The position numbers were made by a program, and so were the translations under genes. Below are positions 21,060 through 31,104 of a stretch of 64,000 nucleotides of DNA, in pieces. Source of the DNA: Chloroflexota bacterium (GTDB lineage: Bacteria; Chloroflexota; Dehalococcoidia; Lucifugimonadales; Lucifugimonadaceae). The notes beneath the pieces were generated by a model, which worked only from the letters and a program-made list of their open reading frames with translations, was not told the DNA's origin and ran no database searches. Within the stretch, counting starts at the first letter, position 1; each line of letters starts with the position of its first letter. Where the stretch lies: contig PBHC01000016.1 in the NCBI GenBank assembly GCA_002719295.1, forward strand, positions 1 to 64,000, given 5' to 3'.

Positions 21060-21905
21060 CTAATCCTCATCTTTGGTTATTCCAACCGCTTCTAACATTT
21101 TTATTACAGGAGCTTTTTCTCCTGTTACAAGTTCAAAGCCTTTTATTGCTTGGAAAACAAGCATTGTCAAACCACCAATAGCTTCAACTTTGTTATTTTT
21201 AGCTTGTTCTATGAAAGGCGTTATTTCAGGTGAATAAACTAAGTCATAACATAAGGCTCTTTTATTTATATTATCAGTATTTATAGGAGAATTGTTTGGA
21301 TCTGGACCACCTTGCATTCCAACTGAAGTTGTATTAATTATTAAATCCAAAGTGCTTATAAAATCTTTATTATTTAATTTATCTGAATTGATTATTTGAA
21401 TATCTTTATTGATTTGTTTGAAATTATTTATAAAATTTATAACATTTTTTTCAGTACGATTATGAATGTATATTTTTTTAGCATTCTCCTTTATTAAAGC
21501 CATACAAATTGCCTTAGCTGAACCTCCTGCTCCTAGTATTAGACATTCTTGATCAGCAATTTGTTTTCCATAATAAATTAGGCTTTCTTTGAAACCAATC
21601 CAATCAGTGTTGTAGCCCTTCAACCTTCCATTAGAATTTACTACCCAATTTACAGCATTCATTTCTTTTGCAGATTCATCAAGTTCGTCTATTAGACTAA
21701 TTATTGAATATTTATGAGGCAGAGTCACACAAAAACCTAGTACCTCATCAGTTTTTAGTAATTTGACTTTTTCATTTAAGTTTTCTGGTTTTACCTCCCA
21801 TACCTCAAACTTTATATCTAAATTCAGTTCTTTAAATCCAGCTTCATGAATTTTTGGTGATAAAGTATGTCCTAATGGAAAACCTAGTATGCCAATTTGT
21901 TTCAT
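21060..21905 (-). CDS. aroE: Shikimate dehydrogenase
   Basis: G.P..HTLSP..H, VTLPHK, AVN, NTD..G, GAGGSA, DLVYSP, GL.MLV.QA. Confidence 0.95.
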   Translation of the reverse strand: MKQIGILGFPLGHTLSPKIHEAGFKELNLDIKFEVWEVKPENLNEKVKLLKTDEVLGFCVTLPHKYSIISLIDELDESAKEMNAVNWVVNSNGRLKGYNTDWIGFKESLIYYGKQIADQECLILGAGGSAKAICMALIKENAKKIYIHNRTEKNVINFINNFKQINKDIQIINSDKLNNKDFISTLDLIINTTSVGMQGGPDPNNSPINTDNINKRALCYDLVYSPEITPFIEQAKNNKVEAIGGLTMLVFQAIKGFELVTGEKAPVIKMLEAVGITKDED

Positions 21906-22315
21906 GATCTACCTTTTGCTGCTAAATAATTTTCTAAAATAAGAACGGCTGAAGCAGAATCAATTTTTTCTTTTATCTTTTTTTTATTAGTCATTGTTTC
22001 TAATAAGTATTTTTCTGCTTGTTTGGTAGTTAATCTTTCATCCCACAAAATTACTTTGATTGCTTTATGGTTTGATTTGATTAAGTTAGAAATTGATCTT
22101 GAGAATTTAGCTCTTTCTCCTTCTTTACCGCTTAATAACTTTGGAAGACCTATGATTATTTTCTCTACTTTTTTTTCCTGAATAATATTTGAAATTTTTT
22201 CAAGAAAATTATCGTTGGAGCTTATATATTCTAATGGTGTGCATAATAAAGAAATCTCGTTAGAAATTGCAACACCCGTTCTTTTTTCTCCTATATCTAA
22301 GCCTAATATAGTCAT
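21902..22315 (-). CDS. ruvX: YqgF/RuvX pre-16S rRNA nuclease
   Basis: LGLD.G.KR.GVA, GLP, DERLTT, D..SA..IL; follows alaS. Confidence 0.93.
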   Translation of the reverse strand: MTILGLDIGEKRTGVAISNEISLLCTPLEYISSNDNFLEKISNIIQEKKVEKIIIGLPKLLSGKEGERAKFSRSISNLIKSNHKAIKVILWDERLTTKQAEKYLLETMTNKKKIKEKIDSASAVLILENYLAAKGRS

Positions 22316-25020
22316 TTGATTAGGTTGTTTTCAAGTATATTTTTAGAGTTACTGAAAAATCTTTCATAATCTTTAATATCTTTAATCCCTACTTGTGCTG
22401 AAAATTTATTCCCACCACCACCACCATTAACTTCTTTAGCAATTATTTTGGCAACTTCGTTTGCTTGAAATTCTGTATCATCAGTTGCCATTATTACTAT
22501 GACTCCCTTTTCTTCAACAACTGATCCTACAATAGCTATTCCACTTTCAAGCTTTGTTCTTTGTGAATCTCCGGCCTTACGTAATGAACCAATGTTAGTT
22601 GCTATGGCTTTAGTACATGAGAATTTTGTGTTTTTTAAGATAAATTCACTTGTTTCTGATTTTGAATTCCCCATAGATAAATCAGTTAGCTGTTGCTGTA
22701 AATTTTCAATAGTTTTTTGTTGTTCTTTATTTTGATCCAGTAAAGAAATAAATTTATCATAAACATTTTCAACATTTGAATTTAGTTTTTTTGAAATTGA
22801 ATTTATAGTATTTATTTTTTCATAAACTAAGTCTTCGGTGCCAATACCCGTTGTAGCAAAAAGACGTCTATTGCCTGATCCTATCCCATTCTCAGAAATG
22901 ATCTTAAATAAACCTATTCCACCTGTGCTATCCATATGTGTTCCACCACATAACTCATAGCTCCATGGAGCATCAATTTTTATTGTTCTAACTTCATGGT
23001 CATATTTTTCATCAAAAAAAGCTAAAGCGCCTTCATCAATAGCTTTATTATAGGTAGTATAGTGAACCTGGACTTCTAAATTTTTTCTAATAGAAAGATT
23101 AACTCTGTTTTCAACTTCTTTTATAACTTCATCTGATAATCCTTCTAAGCTCGTAAAGTCAAATCTTAAGTAATCAGGATGTACTAGTGATCCTGATTGC
23201 CTAACATGACTTCCTATTATTTCTCTTAAAGCAGCATGTACGAGATGAGTTGCTGTATGATTTCTCCGTAGATTTTCTCTTCTATAAAAATCAACTACTG
23301 GATTGACGTTTGTACCTACATTTATATTTCCTTTTTTTATTCTTCCCTTGTGGACGTATATATTCCCGTATGGAGTTATAGTATCTAAGACTTCAATTTC
23401 ACCTTCCTTGAAGCTAATGATTCCAGTGTCTCCCATTTGACCACCTCTTTCGGCATAAAAAGGAGTTTTGTCCAAAATTAAATCTACTTCATCGCCCTCA
23501 TTTACCTTTTTTACAGATTTATTATCTTTAATTACTGCCATTACTAAACTGTTTGATTCTAATGATTCATATCCTGTAAACTCTGTAGGTTTCAATTCTA
23601 ATGATGAGTACAATTTTTGAGAAAGATTTTTAGAGGATTTATCTTTTGAATTTTTTGATGAAGTTTTTTGTTCTTCCATTATTTTTAAAAATGAATTTTT
23701 ATCTACATTTAAGCCGTTTTCCTGACATATTTCTGTAGTTATTTCTATTGGGAATCCATATGTGTCATAAAGAATAAATGCTTCCATTCCTGATAATAGT
23801 TTTTTGCTGTTATCTAATTCTTGTTTTGAGTAAATATCATTAGCTACTTCGATCGGTTCTTTGTAAGATTCATTACTTAATATTTCAATACCTCTCTTTT
23901 TAATTAAGTGTGTCAATACTTGAGTTCCAAAGCTAAGAGTTTTATTGAAATTCTCTTCTTCTTTATCTAAAACTGATACTATAAAGTCTAATTTTTCAGA
24001 AAGTTCAGGATATACATGACTAAGTTTTTTAGTAGTTATATTTGCTACAGGAGATAGGACAGGGAAACTAAGGTCTAATTTTTTTGCAGTGACCATAGCT
24101 CTTCTAATTAGCCTTCTGAGTACATAGCCTCTTCCTGTGTTTTCAGGTAGAACTCCGTCAGCTATAAGAAAAGATGCAGATCTTCCATGCTCAGCAATAA
24201 TCCTTTTATTTTTTTGTGTTTCCTTATCACTTTTTGGCACTTTTTTATCTAGCATTACTAAGTGCTCTTTAAATATGTCTGTATCATATGCAGATTCTTT
24301 ATTATTTAAAACAGAAACAGTTCTTTCTAAGCCCATGCCTGTGTCAATGTTGTTGAAAGGAAGCGGTTTATCGTTACCATCTAAGTCTCTATAAAATTGT
24401 GTAAAAACCAAGTTATATAGTTCTATAAAATCTTCATGGATATTAGGTCCCCAGCTTGGATTATCAAAATCCATTTTATTTATATCTCCTTGGTAATAAT
24501 GAAGTTCAGAACATGGGCCACATGGACCTTCTTCTCCCGCTGGCCCCCACCAGTTATCTTCATCACCAAATTTATAAATAAACTTTTTTTCAATTCCTAG
24601 ATCCATCCAGATTTCTTTGGTTTCATCATCGTCTTTATATACTGTAAAAAAGAGTCTCTTTTTATCAAATCCAAGAACTTCTGTCATGAATTCCAAAGCC
24701 CATTCACAAGCTTCTTTTTTGAAATAATCACCAAAACTAAAATTTCCGAGCATTTCAAACAAAGTTAAATGAGTATCATCTCCCACTTCTTCAATATCAG
24801 TAGTTCTGAAGCACTTTTGTGATGTTGTTATACGCTTATTGGGAGGCTCTTTTTCACCAGAAAAATATGCTTTGAATTGGGCCATGCCAGAGTTAGTTAA
24901 TAAAAGAGTAGGATCACCACTTGGAATTAATGATGAAGAAGGTAAAACAAGATGGTTTTTTGATTCAAAAAAACTCAAAAATCTATCTCTTAGTTCATCT
25001 GCTGTTTTAGGTTTTTTCAT
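22312..25020 (-). CDS. alaS: Alanine--tRNA ligase
   Basis: DPTLL.TNSGM.QFK, H.T.FEMLGNFSFGDYFK, IDTGMGLER, GYVLRRLIRRA, NHTATHL, ELCGGTH. Confidence 0.98.
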   Translation of the reverse strand: MKKPKTADELRDRFLSFFESKNHLVLPSSSLIPSGDPTLLLTNSGMAQFKAYFSGEKEPPNKRITTSQKCFRTTDIEEVGDDTHLTLFEMLGNFSFGDYFKKEACEWALEFMTEVLGFDKKRLFFTVYKDDDETKEIWMDLGIEKKFIYKFGDEDNWWGPAGEEGPCGPCSELHYYQGDINKMDFDNPSWGPNIHEDFIELYNLVFTQFYRDLDGNDKPLPFNNIDTGMGLERTVSVLNNKESAYDTDIFKEHLVMLDKKVPKSDKETQKNKRIIAEHGRSASFLIADGVLPENTGRGYVLRRLIRRAMVTAKKLDLSFPVLSPVANITTKKLSHVYPELSEKLDFIVSVLDKEEENFNKTLSFGTQVLTHLIKKRGIEILSNESYKEPIEVANDIYSKQELDNSKKLLSGMEAFILYDTYGFPIEITTEICQENGLNVDKNSFLKIMEEQKTSSKNSKDKSSKNLSQKLYSSLELKPTEFTGYESLESNSLVMAVIKDNKSVKKVNEGDEVDLILDKTPFYAERGGQMGDTGIISFKEGEIEVLDTITPYGNIYVHKGRIKKGNINVGTNVNPVVDFYRRENLRRNHTATHLVHAALREIIGSHVRQSGSLVHPDYLRFDFTSLEGLSDEVIKEVENRVNLSIRKNLEVQVHYTTYNKAIDEGALAFFDEKYDHEVRTIKIDAPWSYELCGGTHMDSTGGIGLFKIISENGIGSGNRRLFATTGIGTEDLVYEKINTINSISKKLNSNVENVYDKFISLLDQNKEQQKTIENLQQQLTDLSMGNSKSETSEFILKNTKFSCTKAIATNIGSLRKAGDSQRTKLESGIAIVGSVVEEKGVIVIMATDDTEFQANEVAKIIAKEVNGGGGGNKFSAQVGIKDIKDYERFFSNSKNILENNLIK

Positions 25021-25046
25021 AAATTTTAGTATTAATTATCTATATA

Positions 25047-26120
25047 TTACGATAAAGACTCTTCGTTTGTCTTGGCTTTTATCACTTCAAATATTTTCTT
25101 CCTCCATCCATTTATTTTGATTTTATTTGATCCGAAATATTTTTCTAAATCTTTTTTAGTAGCCACGAGTTGTTGCGAAATATTAAGTTCAATTGATAAA
25201 TCTTGTAATATTTTTTGATATTTTTTTACATTTGTTCTTTTTGATTTAACTTTTTCAAATACATTTTTTGAGAAATCAAATTTATCAAAAATATCCAAGT
25301 AATCATTAGAATTAAAAAATCTATTTGAAGATAAGTTTTCTTTTTTTAATTCGTTTATATTTGTATATTTTTTTGACGACAACCTAATGATATTTTTATC
25401 ACTTAGATACCAAGTCTTAGGTATATTTCTTTTTCTACATATTTCTTCTCTATATTTAGATAATAGAATGAAAAGTTTTTGATTTATTCCTGAGAAGTCA
25501 CTTAACTTTATTTTTTCCCATGCATTTTTTGGCTCTTTTTTGAACTTGTTATCTTTTACTATTTTTTCTAATTCTTCCTTGTACCAATTTTCTTTTTTAT
25601 CAAGAATCAGCAATTGGGATATTTTGTAGTATATTTTTTCTAAATATAAAACATCGTTAGCAGCATAATTAATTTGAAGTTTACTAAGTGGCCTTCTTAT
25701 CCAATTTGAAGTTTGTAATTCTTTATCTAAATCAATATTTAAATATTTCTTAACTAGGTTTTTATAACTTATATGATGTTCTAGATCAATAAATGCATTT
25801 GCTAATTGAGTATCGAAGAAATTTTTTAGTTCTAAAGAAAAAAAATCATTAATGATTTCTATATCTTGTTCTGCATCATGAAATATTTTTATATATTTAT
25901 TATTTTTGAAAATATTACTTAATTCTTTCAAGTTCTTATTGTTTCCAAGACAATCAAATATGAATACTTTATTATTTACAGCTAATTGAATTAAACTAAG
26001 GACAGGATAGTAGGTTTTTTCTCTAATAAATTCTGTATCAACAGATATAACTTTACTTTTATTTATCTCTTCTAAAAATAATTTATTATCAGATTCATCT
26101 GTAATTAAGTTAATGTTCAT
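25047..26120 (-). CDS. rnd: Ribonuclease D
   Basis: VDTEF.RE.TYYP.L.LIQ, H...QD, DTQ.A, SNW..RPL...Q..YAA.DV, C-terminal GWR. Confidence 0.9.
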   Translation of the reverse strand: MNINLITDESDNKLFLEEINKSKVISVDTEFIREKTYYPVLSLIQLAVNNKVFIFDCLGNNKNLKELSNIFKNNKYIKIFHDAEQDIEIINDFFSLELKNFFDTQLANAFIDLEHHISYKNLVKKYLNIDLDKELQTSNWIRRPLSKLQINYAANDVLYLEKIYYKISQLLILDKKENWYKEELEKIVKDNKFKKEPKNAWEKIKLSDFSGINQKLFILLSKYREEICRKRNIPKTWYLSDKNIIRLSSKKYTNINELKKENLSSNRFFNSNDYLDIFDKFDFSKNVFEKVKSKRTNVKKYQKILQDLSIELNISQQLVATKKDLEKYFGSNKIKINGWRKKIFEVIKAKTNEESLS

Positions 26121-26908
26121 AATTTTTCAATAATAGTGGTAAGGTCCTTTAGTGAATTAATAATATGATCTGGTTTAATTGATTGTTCTTGTAAATTATT
26201 TTTTCTATTAATAAGAACGTTTTTAATATTCAGTTTTTGTGCACCCAAGATATCTCCATCTAATGTGTCTCCAACCATAATTATTTCATTTAAGTCTAAG
26301 GATAGTTTTTCACAAATGTATTTATATGGCTTGCTGAAAGGCTTTCCTTGTAAGCACTCTGAAGAAGTTACAATTTCTGAGTTTGGGGTTGAAAAAAAAT
26401 CCATTAAACCGGAAATACTTATTTTTTTCCTTTGGTGCAATTGCATTCCATTTGTCAGGATTCCTAGTTTATATCTTTTTAATTTCGTAAGTGTAGGGAT
26501 TACGTCATCAAATGATTTTATTCCCTCCCACATGAAAAATTTATATTTATCAATAATACTTTTGATATTTATTTTCTTACTTAAAATACCTAAATTTTTT
26601 ATAACATTTATCCACATTTCATTTTGAGCTTCTAAATGAATATTTTTAAGATGTTGAGCTATTTCACCAAATCCTCCACAATCAGCCCATAATATATCTC
26701 TTCCACCAAATTTAGCATCTAAGTAATCAGCGAAATATTTTTTTGAACCAACAGAATCTATTGTCTCTATCATTATTTTCAAGACTTCAGTATTTTTCAT
26801 ATTAAAATCGGGAAAAAATGTTTTTATTGTTCTTAAATAATTAAAATCATATAGATCATCATGAACGGTTAATGTATCGTCTAAATCAAAAATTATACCT
26901 TTGATCAT
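26117..26908 (-). CDS. HAD-superfamily hydrolase
   Basis: FDLDDTL motif I, TNG, KP, VGD....DI.GA. Confidence 0.88.
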   Translation of the reverse strand: MIKGIIFDLDDTLTVHDDLYDFNYLRTIKTFFPDFNMKNTEVLKIMIETIDSVGSKKYFADYLDAKFGGRDILWADCGGFGEIAQHLKNIHLEAQNEMWINVIKNLGILSKKINIKSIIDKYKFFMWEGIKSFDDVIPTLTKLKRYKLGILTNGMQLHQRKKISISGLMDFFSTPNSEIVTSSECLQGKPFSKPYKYICEKLSLDLNEIIMVGDTLDGDILGAQKLNIKNVLINRKNNLQEQSIKPDHIINSLKDLTTIIEKL

Positions 26909-27966
26909 AAATTTGAAATTATTGATCTTGTTACTTCTGATGTACTAGAGTTCCCTCCTAAGTCAGGAGATATTGATTCGCCTAATTCTAAAACATTTTT
27001 TACAGAATTTTCTATAATTTCTGCACTTTCATTTTCTCCAAGATGTTTCATCATTATTCCAGCTGTTAGTATTTGAGCCATAGGGTTTGCTATACCTTTA
27101 CCTGCAATATCTGGTGCTGAACCATGAGTTGGTTCAAACATTGATGGACTCGTTTTTGTTGGATCAATATTTCCACTAGAAGCTAATCCCATAGATCCTG
27201 TAATAATTGCTCCTATATCTGTTAGAATATCTCCAAAAAGATTACTTGCTACTACTACGTCAAAGTTTTGTGGCTTTCTTATGAAGTCCATACATGCAGC
27301 ATCAATTAATAATGAATCTGTTGTAACCTGAGGGTAATCTTTTTTTACTTCCTCAAATGTTCTATCCCATAGAACCATTGAATATCCTTGAGCGTTGGAT
27401 TTAGTTATTGAAGTTAGATGCTTCTTTTTGTTTCTTTCTATTGCTAACTCAAATGCAAATCTTATAACTCTTTCACAACCTTTTCTTGTAAACACTGCAC
27501 TTTGAACAGCAACTTCATCAGGGAATCCTTGATATTGAAATCCTCCAACATTAGCATATTCTCCTTCAGTGTTTTCTCTTACCACGACAAGATCTATATC
27601 ATATGGCTTTAAGTCTTTTAGAGGAGTATTAACTCCTGGATATAATACAGATGGTCTTACACATGCAAATTGATCGAATGCTCTTCGGATTGGAAGAAGT
27701 AATCCATTTAGAGTTATATGATCTTGAATATCCGGGTGTCCTACGGCTCCTAAGAAAATGGCATCAAAAGATTCTAATTGTTCAATCCCATCTTTAGGCA
27801 TCATAATCCCATTTTTAAAATAATATTCTGAGCTCCAGTCAAATTCATGAAAATCAAGCTTGTAATCTTTGTTTTTTTCTAAAGCCTTTAGAACTTCAAT
27901 AGAACTATTAACTACTTCTACACCAATTCCATCTCCTGGAATTACGGCTATTTTATAAGTTTTCAT
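26905..27966 (-). CDS. Tartrate/D-malate dehydrogenase (decarboxylating) family
   Basis: IPGDGIG.EV, GAVG.P...DH, IRR.FDQ...RP, RENTEGEY, TKSN, NLFGDILTD, EP.HGSAPDI; start re-called to ATG at 27966 after AGGAG. Confidence 0.88.
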   Translation of the reverse strand: MKTYKIAVIPGDGIGVEVVNSSIEVLKALEKNKDYKLDFHEFDWSSEYYFKNGIMMPKDGIEQLESFDAIFLGAVGHPDIQDHITLNGLLLPIRRAFDQFACVRPSVLYPGVNTPLKDLKPYDIDLVVVRENTEGEYANVGGFQYQGFPDEVAVQSAVFTRKGCERVIRFAFELAIERNKKKHLTSITKSNAQGYSMVLWDRTFEEVKKDYPQVTTDSLLIDAACMDFIRKPQNFDVVVASNLFGDILTDIGAIITGSMGLASSGNIDPTKTSPSMFEPTHGSAPDIAGKGIANPMAQILTAGIMMKHLGENESAEIIENSVKNVLELGESISPDLGGNSSTSEVTRSIISNL

Positions 27967-27976
27967 ATATTTTCTC

Positions 27977-28849
27977 CTAATTTTGCTTCTCAATTATTTG
28001 AATTATTCCAGCCATATCATCCATTTCTTTTCCATCTTTTTTTAGTTCATCATATAATTTTTTTGAAGTTTTTGTTAATGGTAAATTTACTGATAAATCT
28101 TTTCCTAATTGATCTATTATAGAAATATCTTTATGTAAGTTTCTTGCTGGTACAGGAGAACCTTTAAATTTCCTGTCCCTTATTATAGGAGCACATCTTT
28201 CTAACATTCTTGAATAACCAAAGCTAACCTGTAATATTTCCATTGCAGAGTCTATGTCAACATTTGTGGCATTTGTTAATGCAAGGGCTTCTGCTGCTGC
28301 AGTTGTGTGTACAGCAGTTAGTAGTTGATTAATTAATTTCATAGATGTTCCTGATCCGCTATCACCCATATGTTTAATTGTCGTCCCCATCATTTTGAAA
28401 TAATTTAAGGCAGCATTATATGCTTCTTTATTTCCTCCAACCATAATAGATAATGTTCCATCATTTGCACCAACTGGTCCTCCTGATATAGGAGCGTCAA
28501 GAAAATCAGAACCTTTTTCTTTTGAATATTCAAAACATTTTTTAGATGTTGAGAGGTCTACGGTAGAGTGGTCTATAATGATTTTTTTATCATTAGTATT
28601 AGACAAGATTCCTTCTTTTCCTGTTATTATTTCAATTGATGTTTCAGTATCAGGTAGGCATGTCAAAATTATGTCGCATTTCTCTGCAAGTTCTTGAATA
28701 GAAGAAGCTCCTTTTGCCCCAACTTTCTCCATAGCAATTATTTTTTCTCTACTTCTTGTGTAAACAGTAAGATCAGCTCCTTTTTCAAGTAGATTATTTG
28801 CCATACCTTGACCCATGTTTCCTAATCCTATAAATCCTATCTTATTCAT
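27977..28849 (-). CDS. Beta-hydroxyacid dehydrogenase (3-hydroxyisobutyrate DH / tartronate-semialdehyde reductase family)
   Basis: IGFIGLGNMG, DAPISGG, G.L.IMVGG, KL.NQ, KD; start re-called to MNKIG. Confidence 0.88.
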   Translation of the reverse strand: MNKIGFIGLGNMGQGMANNLLEKGADLTVYTRSREKIIAMEKVGAKGASSIQELAEKCDIILTCLPDTETSIEIITGKEGILSNTNDKKIIIDHSTVDLSTSKKCFEYSKEKGSDFLDAPISGGPVGANDGTLSIMVGGNKEAYNAALNYFKMMGTTIKHMGDSGSGTSMKLINQLLTAVHTTAAAEALALTNATNVDIDSAMEILQVSFGYSRMLERCAPIIRDRKFKGSPVPARNLHKDISIIDQLGKDLSVNLPLTKTSKKLYDELKKDGKEMDDMAGIIQIIEKQN

Positions 28850-28857
28850 ATCTAACC

Positions 28858-29799
28858 TCAATCTAAATTTGTGTTTATATTTTTAATTAATTTTTTTATA
28901 CTTTCCTTAATTATCTCGTGTGAATTTGCAGCGTTATGTGGGGTAAGTATAACATTGTGTAAGCTTTTCAATTGATTATTTTTTGATAGTGGCTCATTTT
29001 CAAATACATCTAATGCAGCTCCTGCAATTTTTCCACTAACTAATGAATCATATAAGGCCTTTTCATTTATCAACTTTCCTCTAGCTGTATTAATTATGAA
29101 AGCATTTGACTTCATCCTTGAAAATTCATTTGAACTTATTAAATATTCAGTTTCTTCTACAATTCTAGTATGAAGAGTTATTACGTCAGAGTTTTCTAAA
29201 AGATAATCTAATTCAGAAACTTTTCCAAATTCTTGAAAACTTAATGTCCTTACGTTATCCATTCGGATTACAGGAGTAACAATGATATTCATGCCTAAAT
29301 TGGAGCCAATTTTGGCAACTTTTTCTCCAATTGCTCCTGCACCAACTATACCTAAAGTTTTCCCTTCAAAAAGATCAACTTCAATTGATGGCCATTCGTT
29401 ATTTCTTACTCTTCTATCTAACTCAGGAATTTTCTTTAATAATGAAATCATTAAACCGATTGAGTGTTCAGCAACAGAATTTGTTAATATATCAGGAATG
29501 TTTGAAACAATAATATTGTTTCTTTTTGCAGAATCTACATCTATATGATCTAAAGCTATTCCAAAAACAGCTATATGTTTTAAGCTTGGTAAGCTCTCAA
29601 TTATATTATTATTTATTTTTGTAGTTGCTTTAGTTATGACAGCTGTGTGAGCATCATTTAATCTTGATAGAATTTCTCTAGAATCAGATGGTAATGATCT
29701 GAAAACTTCTATTTCATTTTCATTTTTCAAATCATTAAATAATGAAGGATCATATGAAACTACCTGAGGTTCGTCATCAACTATTACTATTTTGGACAT
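28858..29799 (-). CDS. D-isomer-specific 2-hydroxyacid dehydrogenase
   Basis: SVAEH, G.GAIG, INTARG, LDVFENEP, TPHNA. Confidence 0.9.
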   Translation of the reverse strand: MSKIVIVDDEPQVVSYDPSLFNDLKNENEIEVFRSLPSDSREILSRLNDAHTAVITKATTKINNNIIESLPSLKHIAVFGIALDHIDVDSAKRNNIIVSNIPDILTNSVAEHSIGLMISLLKKIPELDRRVRNNEWPSIEVDLFEGKTLGIVGAGAIGEKVAKIGSNLGMNIIVTPVIRMDNVRTLSFQEFGKVSELDYLLENSDVITLHTRIVEETEYLISSNEFSRMKSNAFIINTARGKLINEKALYDSLVSGKIAGAALDVFENEPLSKNNQLKSLHNVILTPHNAANSHEIIKESIKKLIKNINTNLD

Positions 29800-29863
29800 T
29801 ATAAAAAAACTCCAGTGAAAATTCTATTATAATGTTCTTATCATCTATAAAAAACATTATTTC

Positions 29864-30196
29864 ATGTCAGCATATAAAATTTTATACTGGAAAGAAATTC
29901 CTACACAACTAAAATTTAAAGATAATGAAGGAAATGAAGGCTCATATCCACTTAGTCTGTTTTTTCAAACAGCAATAGATGCTATTGCTATGCATGATGG
30001 ATCAATTGAAAGTGGAGCATATCTAGATGCTTGGGATTGGGGCCCAGAGTTAGAAACAAACCAGGACCCTGAGGAAATTATTAAAGAATTTGATGATAAT
30101 ATTCCTAAATCATTTATTAATAAAATCAAATCTTTACACGACGAAGGAAAAAGATCAGGATTACCTGGTTCGATAGACTCATGGTTCAAAACTTAA
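29864..30196 (+). CDS. 'Virulence factor' (Virulence_fact / CvfC-like) family small protein
   Basis: YW.EIP.Q...L...FQ.AID..AM..G......YL..W signature. Confidence 0.75.
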   Translation: MSAYKILYWKEIPTQLKFKDNEGNEGSYPLSLFFQTAIDAIAMHDGSIESGAYLDAWDWGPELETNQDPEEIIKEFDDNIPKSFINKIKSLHDEGKRSGLPGSIDSWFKT

Positions 30197-31104
30197 AAAG
30201 TAGCTCAAAAAAAATTCTTGATGACATAAAAAAAGGTAAAATATTTTTACTTGATGGCGCCACCGGTACTTTTTTACAGAATAATGGTCTTGAACCAGGA
30301 GGATGCCCTGAACTTATGAATATTGAATCCCCAGAAGTTATTTCTAAAATGGCTCATAACTACTTTTCAAACGGAAGTGATATTGTTCTTACTAATACAT
30401 TCGGAGGTAATTACTATAGGCTAAAACATTATGGATTGGAACAAAAAGTATTTGAAATAAATAAATTAGCCACTGAGATTGCCAAAAGTGCAGCATCAGA
30501 ATATCAAGAAAAATATGTATTTGGATCTATTGGTCCTACTGGAGAATTTTTAGAACCATTAGGGAATGTTTCTGAAAAAGAAATGTATGATTGCCTTTTT
30601 AATCAAATGAAAGGATTGTATGAAGGTGGGGTTGATGGATTTGTAATAGAAACTCAAATAGCAACAGAAGAAACATTGCTTGCATTAAAAGTTGCAAAGG
30701 AAAACTTTAATATTTTAAATATAGTCTCATTTGTATATGATAAAGGGCCAAAAGGTTATTTTACTATGTTTGGACTTACTCCATCTCAAAGTGTTGAAAT
30801 GTTTTTTAATTCAGGAGCAGATATTGTAGGGACAAACTGTGGTAACGGTTCAGAAAAAATGGTTGAAATTTCTACAGAAATTCGAGCTGAAACAGATAAT
30901 CCTATTTTAGTACAAGCTAATGCAGGTATTCCAATAATTAAGAAAAACGATATAATTTACCCAGAATCTCCTGAAGATATGGTGAAAGAATATAAAAAAT
31001 TAATAGATTTGAACATAAATATATTAGGTGGATGTTGTGGTACAAACGAGAAGCATATTAATGAGTTTTCAAAAATAATAAGGAGTCACAATGAAAGTAT
31101 CTGA
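30181..31104 (+). CDS. Homocysteine S-methyltransferase family protein (stand-alone MetH Hcy-binding-domain type)
   Basis: LDGA.GT, TNTFG, GSIGPTG, ET, G.NC, NAG.P, GGCCGT Zn-binding cysteines. Confidence 0.9.
   Translation: MVQNLKSSSKKILDDIKKGKIFLLDGATGTFLQNNGLEPGGCPELMNIESPEVISKMAHNYFSNGSDIVLTNTFGGNYYRLKHYGLEQKVFEINKLATEIAKSAASEYQEKYVFGSIGPTGEFLEPLGNVSEKEMYDCLFNQMKGLYEGGVDGFVIETQIATEETLLALKVAKENFNILNIVSFVYDKGPKGYFTMFGLTPSQSVEMFFNSGADIVGTNCGNGSEKMVEISTEIRAETDNPILVQANAGIPIIKKNDIIYPESPEDMVKEYKKLIDLNINILGGCCGTNEKHINEFSKIIRSHNESI

Noticed and set aside
29800..29863. Cobalamin or SAM riboswitch ahead of the corrinoid operon
   Set aside because: The gap is only 64 nt of AT-rich sequence with no B12-box or S-box motifs.
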